DNA of 32,000 nt from a cyanobacterium endosymbiont of Epithemia turgida isolate EtSB Lake Yunoko (GCF_000829235.1 NZ_AP012549.1:1380001-1412000); one strand, 5' to 3'; counted from the stretch's first letter, positions 10,525 to 19,638 are shown. Program-made: numbers and translations. Notes: generated by a model from the letters alone, not told the origin.

Positions 10525-11685
10525 ATGTCCCAACGTCCCATTTACCTAGATTGTCATTCCACAACTCCCATAGATGAGCGAGTACTAGAAGCGATGATGC
10601 CTTATTTTACTCGATATTTTGGCAACTCTTCAAGTGCTACTCATATTTATGGATGGGAAAGCGAAGCAGCTGTTCAGAAAGCTAGAGAGACCATAGCGGA
10701 TGCTATAAATTGTCATCCAGAAGCAATTATTTTTACTAGTGGTGCAACAGAAGCTAATAATTTAGCCATCAAAGGAATTGCTGAGGCTTATTTCAATAAA
10801 GGACAACATATCATTACTGTCCAAACTGAACATCAAGCCGTGTTAGATCCATGCCATTATTTGGAAACACTAGGGTTTGAAATCACCTTTCTACCTGTTC
10901 AAAAAAACGGATTAATCGATTTAGATCAATTAGAAAAAGCCATTCGTCCTGAGACAATTTTACTCTCAGTCATGGCAGCTAATAATGAAATTGGGGTGAT
11001 TCAACCGTTGGCAAAAATTGGGCAAATTTGTCATGATCATAAAGTTTTGTTCCACAGCGATGCAGCACAGGCGATAGGAAAAATTCCTCTAGATGTTCAA
11101 ACGATGAATTTAGATGTTATGTCTGTAACTGCCCACAAAGTTTATGGGCCCAAGGGCATTGGGGCATTATATGTCCGCCGTCGTAATCCGAGAGTGCGCT
11201 TGGTTGCGCAGTTGCACGGAGGGGGACAGGAAAAAGGAATACGAGCAGGAACTCTCTACACCCCCCAAATTGTAGGGTTTGCTAAGGCTGTGGAATTGGC
11301 GTTAGAAGAAATAGAGTCTGAGGGAAAACGTCAAAGTCAATTGCGCGATCACCTTTGGCATCAACTAAGTCAACTGGACGGTATTCATCTTAATGGTCAC
11401 CCCACTCAACGGTTACCAGGTAACCTTAACATTAGTGTTGAGAAGGTTGACGGATCTGCTTTATTACTAGGATTACAATCAACAGTAGCAATATCTTCAG
11501 GATCTGCCTGTTCTTCGATGGGAACAACTCCTTCTCATGTTCTCCTAGCTTTAGGACATGGAGATTACCTCGCTTATGCTTCCTTGCGCTTTGGACTAGG
11601 GCGATTTACTAGCACCCAAGATATTAAGCAGGTGAGTGCATCAACAATGAATACTATTAAGTCCTTACGTCAAGCCATTATCTAA
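10525..11685 (+). CDS. iscS: Cysteine desulfurase, class I (IscS/NifS family)
   Basis: 386-aa ORF with SGATEANNLAIKG, the PLP-lysine context SVTAHKVYGPKGIGALYVRR, and the active-site loop SSGSACSS typical of group I desulfurases. The symbol is tentative because cyanobacteria carry several paralogs. Confidence 0.85.
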   Translation: MSQRPIYLDCHSTTPIDERVLEAMMPYFTRYFGNSSSATHIYGWESEAAVQKARETIADAINCHPEAIIFTSGATEANNLAIKGIAEAYFNKGQHIITVQTEHQAVLDPCHYLETLGFEITFLPVQKNGLIDLDQLEKAIRPETILLSVMAANNEIGVIQPLAKIGQICHDHKVLFHSDAAQAIGKIPLDVQTMNLDVMSVTAHKVYGPKGIGALYVRRRNPRVRLVAQLHGGGQEKGIRAGTLYTPQIVGFAKAVELALEEIESEGKRQSQLRDHLWHQLSQLDGIHLNGHPTQRLPGNLNISVEKVDGSALLLGLQSTVAISSGSACSSMGTTPSHVLLALGHGDYLAYASLRFGLGRFTSTQDIKQVSASTMNTIKSLRQAII

Positions 11686-11784
11686 CTATAATTTTTAGCA
11701 AAAAATAGGACTGTACACTAATTTACCTAATGAAATCAATTCTATATCAAACCAATATATCTCTTTAAAAGAAACAACTTTGGT

Positions 11785-11838
11785 CAACTTATCCTTGTTA
11801 AGGACTTATTAGGTAAAGTCTTTAACAAGGATAAGTTG
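11785..11838. repeat. Long hairpin: 21-bp arms (one mismatch) with a 12-nt loop
   Basis: caacttatccttgttaaggac (11785..11805) pairs with gtctttaacaaggataagttg (11818..11838). It lies about 100 nt downstream of the desulfurase stop codon. Confidence 0.75.
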
Positions 11839-12103
11839 TGGCTGAATTAGCTACACTCTACAATCTCATAATTTATTATACTACTTACTTTATGGATAAT
11901 TAAGATGTTAAATTGATGATAGCAAGAATCGATGGCAATATAATGGTAGTATGGATTAACAAAACATCGATATCTTCAGTTAAAAAAGCGATTAAAGAAA
12001 TTAGGTCTTTGAGACTACCTTTGTCAGGAACTATTAATAATCAAGTTTATTTACTATTAATGACTAGGGTCTTAGCTAACTTAACCTACTAAATCCGCAT
12101 CTC

Positions 12104-12172
12104 AAAACCCCTTTAATTTTTTCTTGATATTTTTGCAGAAACGCTGCATGCAACCTCTTGAAAAAAAAGGGG
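12104..12172 (-). terminator. Possible terminator structure downstream of ctp
   Basis: On the minus strand, CCCCTTT pairs with AAAGGGG and is followed by TTTT. The loop is large (~50 nt) and contains smaller hairpins. Weak call. Confidence 0.25.
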
Positions 12173-12276
12173 ATGACAACTAGCTCTAGGACTTTTTGCA
12201 TGGTAAGAGGGTTATTGATGTAGAACATCAATTCAGATGATCAACAATTCAATCATCCTCAACGCGTCAGTTCATT

Positions 12277-13695
12277 TCATTTTCTTTCACTGGAATTTTT
12301 ATCTTTTACCACTTCGTATAAATTCTCCCAACGAAGACTGACTGGTTTAGGGATTTTGGGTAAAGATATAGGGGGAGCATTTTTTCTTAAAACGTTAATG
12401 GCCCCTTTGTATTGAGGGTCAGCATGAGTTCCCATTAAAGATGGATCATTCCTAAGTTGTATATGTTGCTCCATGCTTAGGTCTAGATAAATATCAGGGT
12501 TAATCCCCTTTTGATTAATATCCTTCCCGCTGGGAGGATAATACCGGGCAATGGTAACCGCTAACCCAGATCCATCTGATAAAGAGTGAACTGACTGTAC
12601 AGTTCCCTTGCCATAAGTGGTAGTTCCCACTACTGTTGCTCGTCCATTTTCTTTTAATGCTCCTGCTAAAATCTCACTGGCACTGGCTGAACCCTCATCG
12701 ACTAACACCACTAAGGGCAAATCTGTTAATGAGGTTCCATTAGCTGAAAAATGGCGATCACCACCGCGACGATCAACTGTCATAACAATTTCCCCTTTTT
12801 TGAGCCAAAGGCGAGCAATATCTATGCTAGCAAGAAGTAATCCTCCTGGATTTCCCCGTAAATCTAAAATATAACCTGATACTTCTTTATTTCCAAGATC
12901 TTTTATGGCGTTTTTCATTTGCTCAGCGGCATGAGAACTAAACTCGTCGAGGCGAATATAACCGACACGAAGTTGAGCTTCCTGTTTGAGGTTATAACTT
13001 ACAGAAGCAATTTCAATCTGTGATCGTGTTAGGGTCACTTGAAAAACCCCTTTATTCTCACGGGACAATTGTAGGCTAACATCAGTTCCTAATTCCCCTT
13101 GAACTGCATCTCTAGCTTGTTCAAGAGTCATTAACGCTGTTGGTTTGCCATTAATACGAATGATGCGATCACCTCTTTTAATACCCGCCCTAGCAGCCGG
13201 TGAACTTCTAACAGACTCCACCACGTACAATTGGCTAGTGCGTTTGTCAAATGTTAGCCTAACTCCTACACCGGACAATTCTCCAGAGGTTTGACTAGTA
13301 AGGGTAGCAAAATTATCAGGTGTTAAAAAACGAGTATAAGGATCTCCTAACCATTTTAAGGTTTTTTGAATGGCTTTGTATGCTTGTTTATGATTAGCAT
13401 AATCTCGGCTAAGCAATTCTTGACGCTTTTCTTTCCATTCAACTCGATTGAATTCTTTGTCTACAAACTCATTGTTAACAATTTGCCACATCTCATCTAT
13501 GACCACCTTAGGATTATCTTCTAAGATGGTCATCTCTGATTTAGGAGAACTTAACGCAGGAGTAGCCAGAGACTGGAGAGTTACAGCTAAGATCGTCCCT
13601 CCCCAGAGACAAATTTGATGCAACCGAACGGGCTTTATCGGAATATTCATGGGGATTTTTACAGAATAATGACAATATGAAATGGGTTCAAGCAA
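12277..13695 (-). CDS. ctp: Carboxyl-terminal processing protease (S41 family, PDZ domain)
   Basis: 472-aa ORF with a PDZ segment (GVGVRL...GDRIIRINGKP) and S41 catalytic-region motifs (DLRGNPGGLL, GSASASEILAGAL, TYGKGTVQ). The likely true start is the Met at 13650 (MNIPIKPVRL...), which gives a signal-peptide-like N-terminus. Confidence 0.9.
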   Translation of the reverse strand: MLEPISYCHYSVKIPMNIPIKPVRLHQICLWGGTILAVTLQSLATPALSSPKSEMTILEDNPKVVIDEMWQIVNNEFVDKEFNRVEWKEKRQELLSRDYANHKQAYKAIQKTLKWLGDPYTRFLTPDNFATLTSQTSGELSGVGVRLTFDKRTSQLYVVESVRSSPAARAGIKRGDRIIRINGKPTALMTLEQARDAVQGELGTDVSLQLSRENKGVFQVTLTRSQIEIASVSYNLKQEAQLRVGYIRLDEFSSHAAEQMKNAIKDLGNKEVSGYILDLRGNPGGLLLASIDIARLWLKKGEIVMTVDRRGGDRHFSANGTSLTDLPLVVLVDEGSASASEILAGALKENGRATVVGTTTYGKGTVQSVHSLSDGSGLAVTIARYYPPSGKDINQKGINPDIYLDLSMEQHIQLRNDPSLMGTHADPQYKGAINVLRKNAPPISLPKIPKPVSLRWENLYEVVKDKNSSERK

Positions 13696-13941
13696 ATTAA
13701 CGAGGTTTAGGTAATAGAATTGTCCGCCTTCAACTTCAATGACTTTGATTAAACCACCACAATGGAAAAATTAAGTGTGAGTAGAGGTGATCACTATGTT
13801 TTCTTTTTGCTTTAAGTTGGACTCGAAAAAATCGAGTAGGATTGCCTGATGAACCTTTCCGATGGGATGAACCTTGTCGGTTTTTGGAGAATAGCATGGT
13901 CCTTGCTTAATCATATTCACAGGCACTAATCCAAAATCAAA

Positions 13942-14301
13942 TCATTCTTGCAAGACTAATTGTTCTATCGCAACAATTAAAGGAGAAGAATAAAGATAAC
14001 GAATAATATTCGGTCTATTATAAACTCTAAACTCCATTGGGTTAGGGACTTTATAATTAATTTCTTCAACTAATTCCCGTTTTAGTTCTTGTTCCGGGTT
14101 TTCCCCCAACTCTATATGACCTCCAAATAAACCACAACAATTAGGATAGGCGATCGTAGGCATATTATCACGCAACTGGAGCAAAAAATTATCCTCTTGG
14201 TAAACAATCGCTAAGGTTACCTGAGAAGAGAATTCAACGTCTTTGTCCTCAATGTTAGTTAAAGATAATTGAGGAGGGGACGAGGATTTATGCGCTCGCA
14301 T
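13942..14301 (-). CDS. Nudix hydrolase, apparently truncated by an in-frame TGA (see finding)
   Basis: 119-aa ORF with the Nudix box GGHIELGENPEQELKRELVEEI. The same frame continues open for 56 more codons (13941..13774) after the TGA at 13944..13942. Confidence 0.75.
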   Translation of the reverse strand: MRAHKSSSPPQLSLTNIEDKDVEFSSQVTLAIVYQEDNFLLQLRDNMPTIAYPNCCGLFGGHIELGENPEQELKRELVEEINYKVPNPMEFRVYNRPNIIRYLYSSPLIVAIEQLVLQE

Positions 14302-14324
14302 GGGTATTTTCGTGTAATTTAACT

Positions 14325-14864
14325 TTATTTTGAGTTACTTTTATGGGGTAGTAGAAGTTCATTAATATCTAAATCCGATGTCGATGTAGGTTTAGGTGGA
14401 GAAGAAGACAATGGTTGTGTGAGCTGATCGGAAGTTTGGGTTTGGGTCCCAAGTTTTTCTACCTCTAAAACATACAATTCACCCAAATCTTGGCCACCAA
14501 GAGAAATTGGTTGATACTCTACTCGCCCTTTAATGGTTATGGAATCTCCTGGTCTGGGAAGGGTGCCATTGGTCAGAACCCAAACTGTCCCTGTATTATC
14601 TTGGAGTTTATAGGAACCATTATCCATAAAGGGCGCATAATCAACCACCGTTCCCTCAATATAGTAAACTGCTTCTTGAGTTTGAGAGGTTTTCTTAGGT
14701 TGCTGATATTGGATAATTTCATTGATAGTAGTTACTGGTATTCGAGCTTTTCTGGAAAAATTAAGTTGATTACAACCAATAATTTCTCCTAGCAGTAAGA
14801 ACAGAAATCCACCATGGCAAATTCTAATGTTTAAATCTTTCATGATGAGTGGAAGTAGCTTCAC
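14325..14864 (-). CDS. Putative lipoprotein with an OB-fold-like domain and a Ser/Thr/Pro-rich tail
   Basis: 179-aa ORF. The N-terminus is hydrophobic with a lipobox-like LLGEIIGC. The central region YIEGTVVDYAPFMDNGSYKLQDNTGTVWVLTNG...ITIKGRVEY resembles OB-fold (BOF/tRNA_anti-like) proteins. The family assignment comes from pattern recognition only. Confidence 0.55.
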   Translation of the reverse strand: MKLLPLIMKDLNIRICHGGFLFLLLGEIIGCNQLNFSRKARIPVTTINEIIQYQQPKKTSQTQEAVYYIEGTVVDYAPFMDNGSYKLQDNTGTVWVLTNGTLPRPGDSITIKGRVEYQPISLGGQDLGELYVLEVEKLGTQTQTSDQLTQPLSSSPPKPTSTSDLDINELLLPHKSNSK

Positions 14865-14936
14865 TTAACTGAGATATTTTAACTAAAAGGACACCTTAAA
14901 ATTTTCACTAGTTCCAAATTTATTACTTATTTATCG

Positions 14937-15815
14937 ATGTCTTCTTCAACTTCTTTTGTGTTAAATGGTAAAGCCTTAGCCCAAAAAATTCAGTGTGAAC
15001 TCCAAGAATGGGTTCGAAAACAACAACCCAGTATTGGCCGTCCTCCAGGATTAGCAGTATTGATGATAGGGGATGATCCGGCTAGTGCTGTTTATGTGCG
15101 TAATAAAGAGCGAGCTTGTGCTAAGGTAGGAATTGCTTCTTTTGGTCATCATTTCCCTGCTAATACTTCCCAAAAAGAATTAGAAACCGTTATTAGACAA
15201 CTTAATCAAGATCCGCGAGTAGATGGGATATTGATCCAGTTACCTTTGCCCGTTCATTTAGACACAGTACAATTGTTATTGGCTATTAACCCAGATAAAG
15301 ATGCTGATGGTCTTCATCCGATGAATTTAGGACGATTAATACGTGGTGAAACAGGTTTACGCAGTTGTACCCCCGCTGGAGTCATGCGTCTATTAGAAGA
15401 ACATCAGATCGCAGTGGCAGGTAAACAAGCAGTGGTGGTAGGAAGAAGTATTCTAGTAGGTAAACCGTTAGGGTTAATGTTGCTTGAAAAAAATGCTACA
15501 GTGACTATGGCTCATTCTAAAACCCAAGATTTACGAAGTGTGACCCGTCAAGGAGATATTTTGATTGTCGCAGCGGGTAAACCAGAGTTCATTAACGCAG
15601 ATATGGTTAAACCTGGGGCGATAGTTATCGATGTGGGAATTAATCGTGTTGTTCGATCAGATGGAACTTCCCAACTGGTAGGGGATGTGGATTTCAACTC
15701 TGTTGCTGATATAGCGCAATGTATTACGCCAGTTCCTGGGGGAATAGGTCCGATGACTGTAGCGATGTTATTAAGCAATACTGTGTTAAGTTATCATCAA
15801 CGGGAGACACCATGA
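14937..15815 (+). CDS. folD: Bifunctional 5,10-methylene-THF dehydrogenase / methenyl-THF cyclohydrolase
   Basis: 292-aa ORF with [45 protein letters not shown] and [14 protein letters not shown], all typical of FolD. Confidence 0.95.
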   Translation: MSSSTSFVLNGKALAQKIQCELQEWVRKQQPSIGRPPGLAVLMIGDDPASAVYVRNKERACAKVGIASFGHHFPANTSQKELETVIRQLNQDPRVDGILIQLPLPVHLDTVQLLLAINPDKDADGLHPMNLGRLIRGETGLRSCTPAGVMRLLEEHQIAVAGKQAVVVGRSILVGKPLGLMLLEKNATVTMAHSKTQDLRSVTRQGDILIVAAGKPEFINADMVKPGAIVIDVGINRVVRSDGTSQLVGDVDFNSVADIAQCITPVPGGIGPMTVAMLLSNTVLSYHQRETP

Positions 15816-16157
15816 ACAAATTTAATTTTTCTAGAATTATACCTGTGAGTCATCCTAAGGCAAAACTTAGCAGGTGTCCATTATTCTTGAGTGGAATGAT
15901 GTAGACTTTTATTTGATAATTGGAGATCCTGTAGGCAATATTATTACTCAAGATAATAGTACTAATGCAGATGTCTATTGTACATTGTTGCGGTGATTCC
16001 AACAGCAAAAAACGCATATTTTAATTTTTATATTGAATATTCCAAGGTCCAAGCGATTATTCATGATAGTAATCCCGATCTTTCTACAACTTGTGTGTTC
16101 ACTAGTATTATTGAAGGGGATTGTTGTTTTTGGGTTAAATCTCTTCTGAGCAGATAA
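15812..16157 (+). pseudogene. Candidate decayed gene translationally coupled to folD (ATGA overlap); at least 2 frameshifts, family unknown
   Basis: The ATG at 15812 overlaps the folD TGA. Three protein-like open stretches follow in shifting frames: [21 protein letters not shown] / VSIILEWNDVDFYLIIGDPVGNIITQDNSTNADVYCTLL / AVIPTAKNAYFNFYIEYSKVQAIIHDSNPDLSTTCVFTSIIEGDCCFWVKSLLSR*. The last ends at a TAA (16155..16157) inside the first arm of the 27-bp palindrome. I recognised no homolog. Confidence 0.3.
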
Positions 16158-16192
16158 TTTTCTTTAAAATTATCTGCTCAGAAGAGATTTAA
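16135..16192. repeat. Perfect 27-bp-stem palindrome with a 4-nt loop
   Basis: ttaaatctcttctgagcagataatttt, loop cttt, aaaattatctgctcagaagagatttaa. Checked base by base with no mismatch. Confidence 0.95.
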
Positions 16193-16596
16193 GTTGTTAT
16201 TTATATTTTCTACTGCTGCTAGAGCTTTTTCGATAAAAACATACAATAATTTTTCCGATCCGACACTTAATTCACTTAATTATTCTACAAATTTTTGAAT
16301 ACAACAAATAAGGGTTTTTATACAAACTAATTGATATTAATAGGTCTAATGTCCAAGTTTAGCTTTTCTCAAATTGGGTTTAATTTATTTTTTGTTTTAT
16401 ACTTAAATCTTCTTCGATTTGTAAGCAAAATGTATATGTGTTTAATTTAAACCTGATAAACTTTTTTCTTTTGTTAGAATAATTTTGTTATATAGTTCAT
16501 TAGTATCTTTTATAGCTAGAGCCTTTATTCTAAAATTAGAGATCCAAACGCTACATATAGAGTTTGCTTTAATTAGTTTCGAATGAATAAGGGATA

Positions 16597-19500
16597 ATGA
16601 ACCATAGACAAGAATGGCAAAATAGCGGTGTTGACGAACAATTGATTAACCTCAATGTAACAGCCTTAGAGGGGACTTCCCCTTTAGAGTACTTGTTTTA
16701 TTCTGACGCACTTCCTAGACGTAATGATGGTCGGGTTAATAATTCCATGTTAAGACGCTATAAACATACAGAACGAGGAGGTTGGTGGTGTTCAGGGGTA
16801 GATCTCTTGACAGGTGGCGAGGATTTATGGGGGTGTTTTAAACCCAATTCCCCTCGCACGAGTCATGATGAGCACAAGTTGATCAAGTACGAGCATCCCC
16901 CTAAAACATCAGCGGGGGTTTTTGCCTTGCGGGTTCCATTACATCTGTGGCGACAATTAGCCCAACGCTATCACCAGGATATTACTCCAGAAGAGATTAA
17001 TAATCAACTCCCAGATTTAGGTTTTTGGCAATGGGTGATAAATCATCCTTCGATTCCCGTTTGTATTACTGAAGGGGCTAAAAAAGCAGGGGCGTTGTTA
17101 ACAGCAGGATATGTTGCGATCGCTCTTCCAGGAATTAATAGTGGCTATCGAACTCCTCGAGATAAGTTAGGTAACCGAATCGGAAAGTCTCGTCTCATTC
17201 CCCAGCTCGGAAAAATAGCGATTTCAGGAAGAAAAATTTATATTGCTTTTGATCAAGATAATAAACCAAGTTCGATTAAAGAGGTGAATTATGCTATTAG
17301 AAAATTGGGAAGTTTATTCACTCAAGCAGGATGTCAAGTTAACATTATTGTTTGGCTACCGAAATGGGGAAAAGGAGTAGATGATTTTTTAACTCATAAA
17401 GGACTAAAAACTTTTAATAAAGCTTACGAACAGGCATTATCTCTAGAAACTTGGAAAGCACAAAGTTTAAGACAATTAACATATCCTTCTGATGTTGAAG
17501 TCAGTACTCGATATTTAGGAGATTTACTAATTCCTCCAGCTGCTAAATTAGTAGGAATAAAATCTCCAATAGGAACTGGAAAAACTAAGACTCTTGAAAA
17601 GATTGTTGAACAGGCAATCACTTGTCAACAAAAGATATTAGTAATTGGTCATCGAGTTAAGTTGGTTGAGCAACTTTGTCAACGATTTAAAATTCCTTAT
17701 TTAACAGAAATTCAAAAAAATAATGGTAAAATTTTAAAAGGATGTGGACTTTGTATTGATTCTCTTCATCCTAATTCTTTATCTAATTTTAATCCTAGTG
17801 ATTGGACAGGTAGTCTAATTATTATCGATGAAGTAGAACAGGTTTTATGGCATGGATTAAATTCAAATACTTGTAAACAAAATAGGGTTTCTATTCTAAG
17901 ATCTTTTAAAAACCTACTTGAACAAAGTTTAGAATTTCAGGGAAGAGTAGTTATTGCTGATGCAGACTTAAGTGATATTTCTCTTGACTATTTAATTTCT
18001 TTGATGGGAATTAAATTAAACCCGTTCATTGTAGTCAACAATTGGAAATCTAACGATAAAGAAACATGGGGAGTATATAATTATACGGAAACTACTCCCC
18101 GAGAATGGCTCAAGGATTTAGTGCAACATATTCAGCAAGGGGGTAAACCTTTTGTTTGTCTATCCGCTCAGAAATTAACTAGTAAGTGGGGAACACAAAC
18201 CCTAGAATTATACTTAAAAAAGCGATTCCCAGAAGTGAGAAGCCTAAGGATTGATTCTGAATCATTAACTGACCCTAATCATGACGCTTATCAATCTATC
18301 AACCACCTTAATAAAATTCTATTAAATTACGATATTATTTTGGCTAGTCCTTCCATTGAGACAGGAGTCAGTATCGATATCAAAGATCATTTTACCTCTG
18401 TTTGGGGATTAGCTCAAGGGATACAAACTGCTACTTCTGTATGTCAATCACTAGGAAGAATTCGTGATAACATTCCTCGTTATATTTGGTGTGCTTCCTA
18501 TGGGTTTAATAAAGTAGGAAATGGTTCTACTTCAATTCCCAATTTGTTAACTGCTGGTAATCGTGTTACTCAGTTAAATATTAAGTTGTTACAACAATCT
18601 GACTTAACAGCTTTAGATGATATAGATATAGAATTTCAAGCGGAATCTTTACTTTGTTGGGCAAAAATGGCGGTTCGCGTTAATGTTTCAATGATTCATT
18701 ATCGAGAGTCAATATTAAGAAATATTACTGATCAAAATCATCCAATTCTTCGCAAGAAGAAACTAGTCACTATTCAAGATATCAAAAAATGTAAAAAATA
18801 TTCGTATAATAGTAAAAATTCTTGTCAATTAATAAAAGCAATTGAAAGTGTTAGAGAACAAAATTATCAAGAAGAATGTGTAATGGTTTCCCAAGGCAAA
18901 GAGATTACTGATAAACAATATCAAGCGTTAAATAAGAGGTTAGTTAAAACTGTAGTTGAACGGCATAGCATCAAAAAATATAATTTACAAAGACGCTATT
19001 GTATTGAGATAACTCCTCAATTAGTTGCCTTAGATGATGAAGGATGGTATGACAAGATACGTTTACATTATTTTTTAACTTTAGGACGTTCTTATTTAGC
19101 AGATAGAGACACTATTCTTGCGAAGAAATTCATAGAAAAAGGACAGGGTAGCCTTTTCCTGCCTGATTTTAATAGTTCTCAATTAGGAGTAATTATTGGA
19201 ACAATGGAGGTGTTGGGAATGCCGGTGTTACTCATGAACCATGAGCGAAAGTTAAAGCCTACAGATAAAGACTTGCAAGCGATGGCAAGAATTGCTATTA
19301 AAAACCGCGCTGAAATCAAGACTATTATGAAAATTGGTATTGCTAAAAATTCTAGTCCTATTACGATCATACGGCGTTTGTTGAATAAGATCGGCTACGG
19401 ATTAACTTGTATTGGTTCTCAAAAAGTTAATAAAAAGCGAGTGCGAGTGTATCAAGTTGTTCTTCCTGATGATGCTAGGCAAAAGGTATTTAGACAATGG

Positions 19501-19638
19501 TGGATAAGAGATGGAAAATTACCAGGTAGTTCTGAACCTTGGTTTGAAGAATATACAAATATTAAGTCAGAAATGACTAAAATTCAACATCAGCAGGAAA
19601 AAAACAAAAATTATATCCAATTAAGTTTAGAATTTTAA
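16597..19638 (+). CDS. Primase-helicase replication protein of the CyRepA1 type: DUF3854/Toprim-like N-terminal half, P-loop helicase-like ATPase, ~300-aa C-terminal domain of unknown function
   Basis: 1013-aa ORF. The N-terminus EWQNSGVDEQLINLNV is typical of DUF3854 proteins. Toprim-like acidic residues: ITEG (E159, 17071..17073) and FDQD (D219/D221, 17251..17259). Walker A GTGKT at 17572..17586, Walker B IIIDEVE with D411 at 17827, then SPSIETGVSI and QSLGRIRD helicase-like motifs. AAGGGA lies 3 nt upstream of the ATG. Confidence 0.8.
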   Translation: MNHRQEWQNSGVDEQLINLNVTALEGTSPLEYLFYSDALPRRNDGRVNNSMLRRYKHTERGGWWCSGVDLLTGGEDLWGCFKPNSPRTSHDEHKLIKYEHPPKTSAGVFALRVPLHLWRQLAQRYHQDITPEEINNQLPDLGFWQWVINHPSIPVCITEGAKKAGALLTAGYVAIALPGINSGYRTPRDKLGNRIGKSRLIPQLGKIAISGRKIYIAFDQDNKPSSIKEVNYAIRKLGSLFTQAGCQVNIIVWLPKWGKGVDDFLTHKGLKTFNKAYEQALSLETWKAQSLRQLTYPSDVEVSTRYLGDLLIPPAAKLVGIKSPIGTGKTKTLEKIVEQAITCQQKILVIGHRVKLVEQLCQRFKIPYLTEIQKNNGKILKGCGLCIDSLHPNSLSNFNPSDWTGSLIIIDEVEQVLWHGLNSNTCKQNRVSILRSFKNLLEQSLEFQGRVVIADADLSDISLDYLISLMGIKLNPFIVVNNWKSNDKETWGVYNYTETTPREWLKDLVQHIQQGGKPFVCLSAQKLTSKWGTQTLELYLKKRFPEVRSLRIDSESLTDPNHDAYQSINHLNKILLNYDIILASPSIETGVSIDIKDHFTSVWGLAQGIQTATSVCQSLGRIRDNIPRYIWCASYGFNKVGNGSTSIPNLLTAGNRVTQLNIKLLQQSDLTALDDIDIEFQAESLLCWAKMAVRVNVSMIHYRESILRNITDQNHPILRKKKLVTIQDIKKCKKYSYNSKNSCQLIKAIESVREQNYQEECVMVSQGKEITDKQYQALNKRLVKTVVERHSIKKYNLQRRYCIEITPQLVALDDEGWYDKIRLHYFLTLGRSYLADRDTILAKKFIEKGQGSLFLPDFNSSQLGVIIGTMEVLGMPVLLMNHERKLKPTDKDLQAMARIAIKNRAEIKTIMKIGIAKNSSPITIIRRLLNKIGYGLTCIGSQKVNKKRVRVYQVVLPDDARQKVFRQWWIRDGKLPGSSEPWFEEYTNIKSEMTKIQHQQEKNKNYIQLSLEF

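Noticed and set aside
11916-12092. 58-codon ORF (MIARIDGNIMVVWINKTSISSVKKAIKEIRSL...) between the desulfurase and ctp genes
   Set aside because: It is below the track threshold, has no recognisable family and no clear RBS. It cannot be told apart from a chance ORF or a pseudogene fragment.
12617-12874. Track ORF of 85 aa on the plus strand
   Set aside because: It is an antisense shadow ORF inside the ctp protease gene.
13942-13944. The TGA in the Nudix gene read as a selenocysteine or programmed recoding site
   Set aside because: I saw no SECIS-like hairpin immediately downstream, and the expected residue from family patterns is Gly. A simple nonsense mutation is more parsimonious.
14490-14792. 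Track ORF of 100 aa on the plus strand
   Set aside because: It is antisense to the OB-fold lipoprotein ORF. The minus-strand frame has the signal peptide, lipobox and domain-like sequence.
15548-15778. Track ORF of 76 aa on the minus strand
   Set aside because: It is an antisense shadow ORF inside folD.
15719-15904. Track ORF of 61 aa on the plus strand
   Set aside because: Its first 30 codons overlap folD out of frame. Only the part from the ATG at 15812 is plausible, and that part is treated as the head of a decayed folD-coupled gene.
17424-19370. Track ORFs 17424..17621 and 19179..19370 on the minus strand
   Set aside because: Both are antisense shadow ORFs inside the 1013-aa Rep-like gene.
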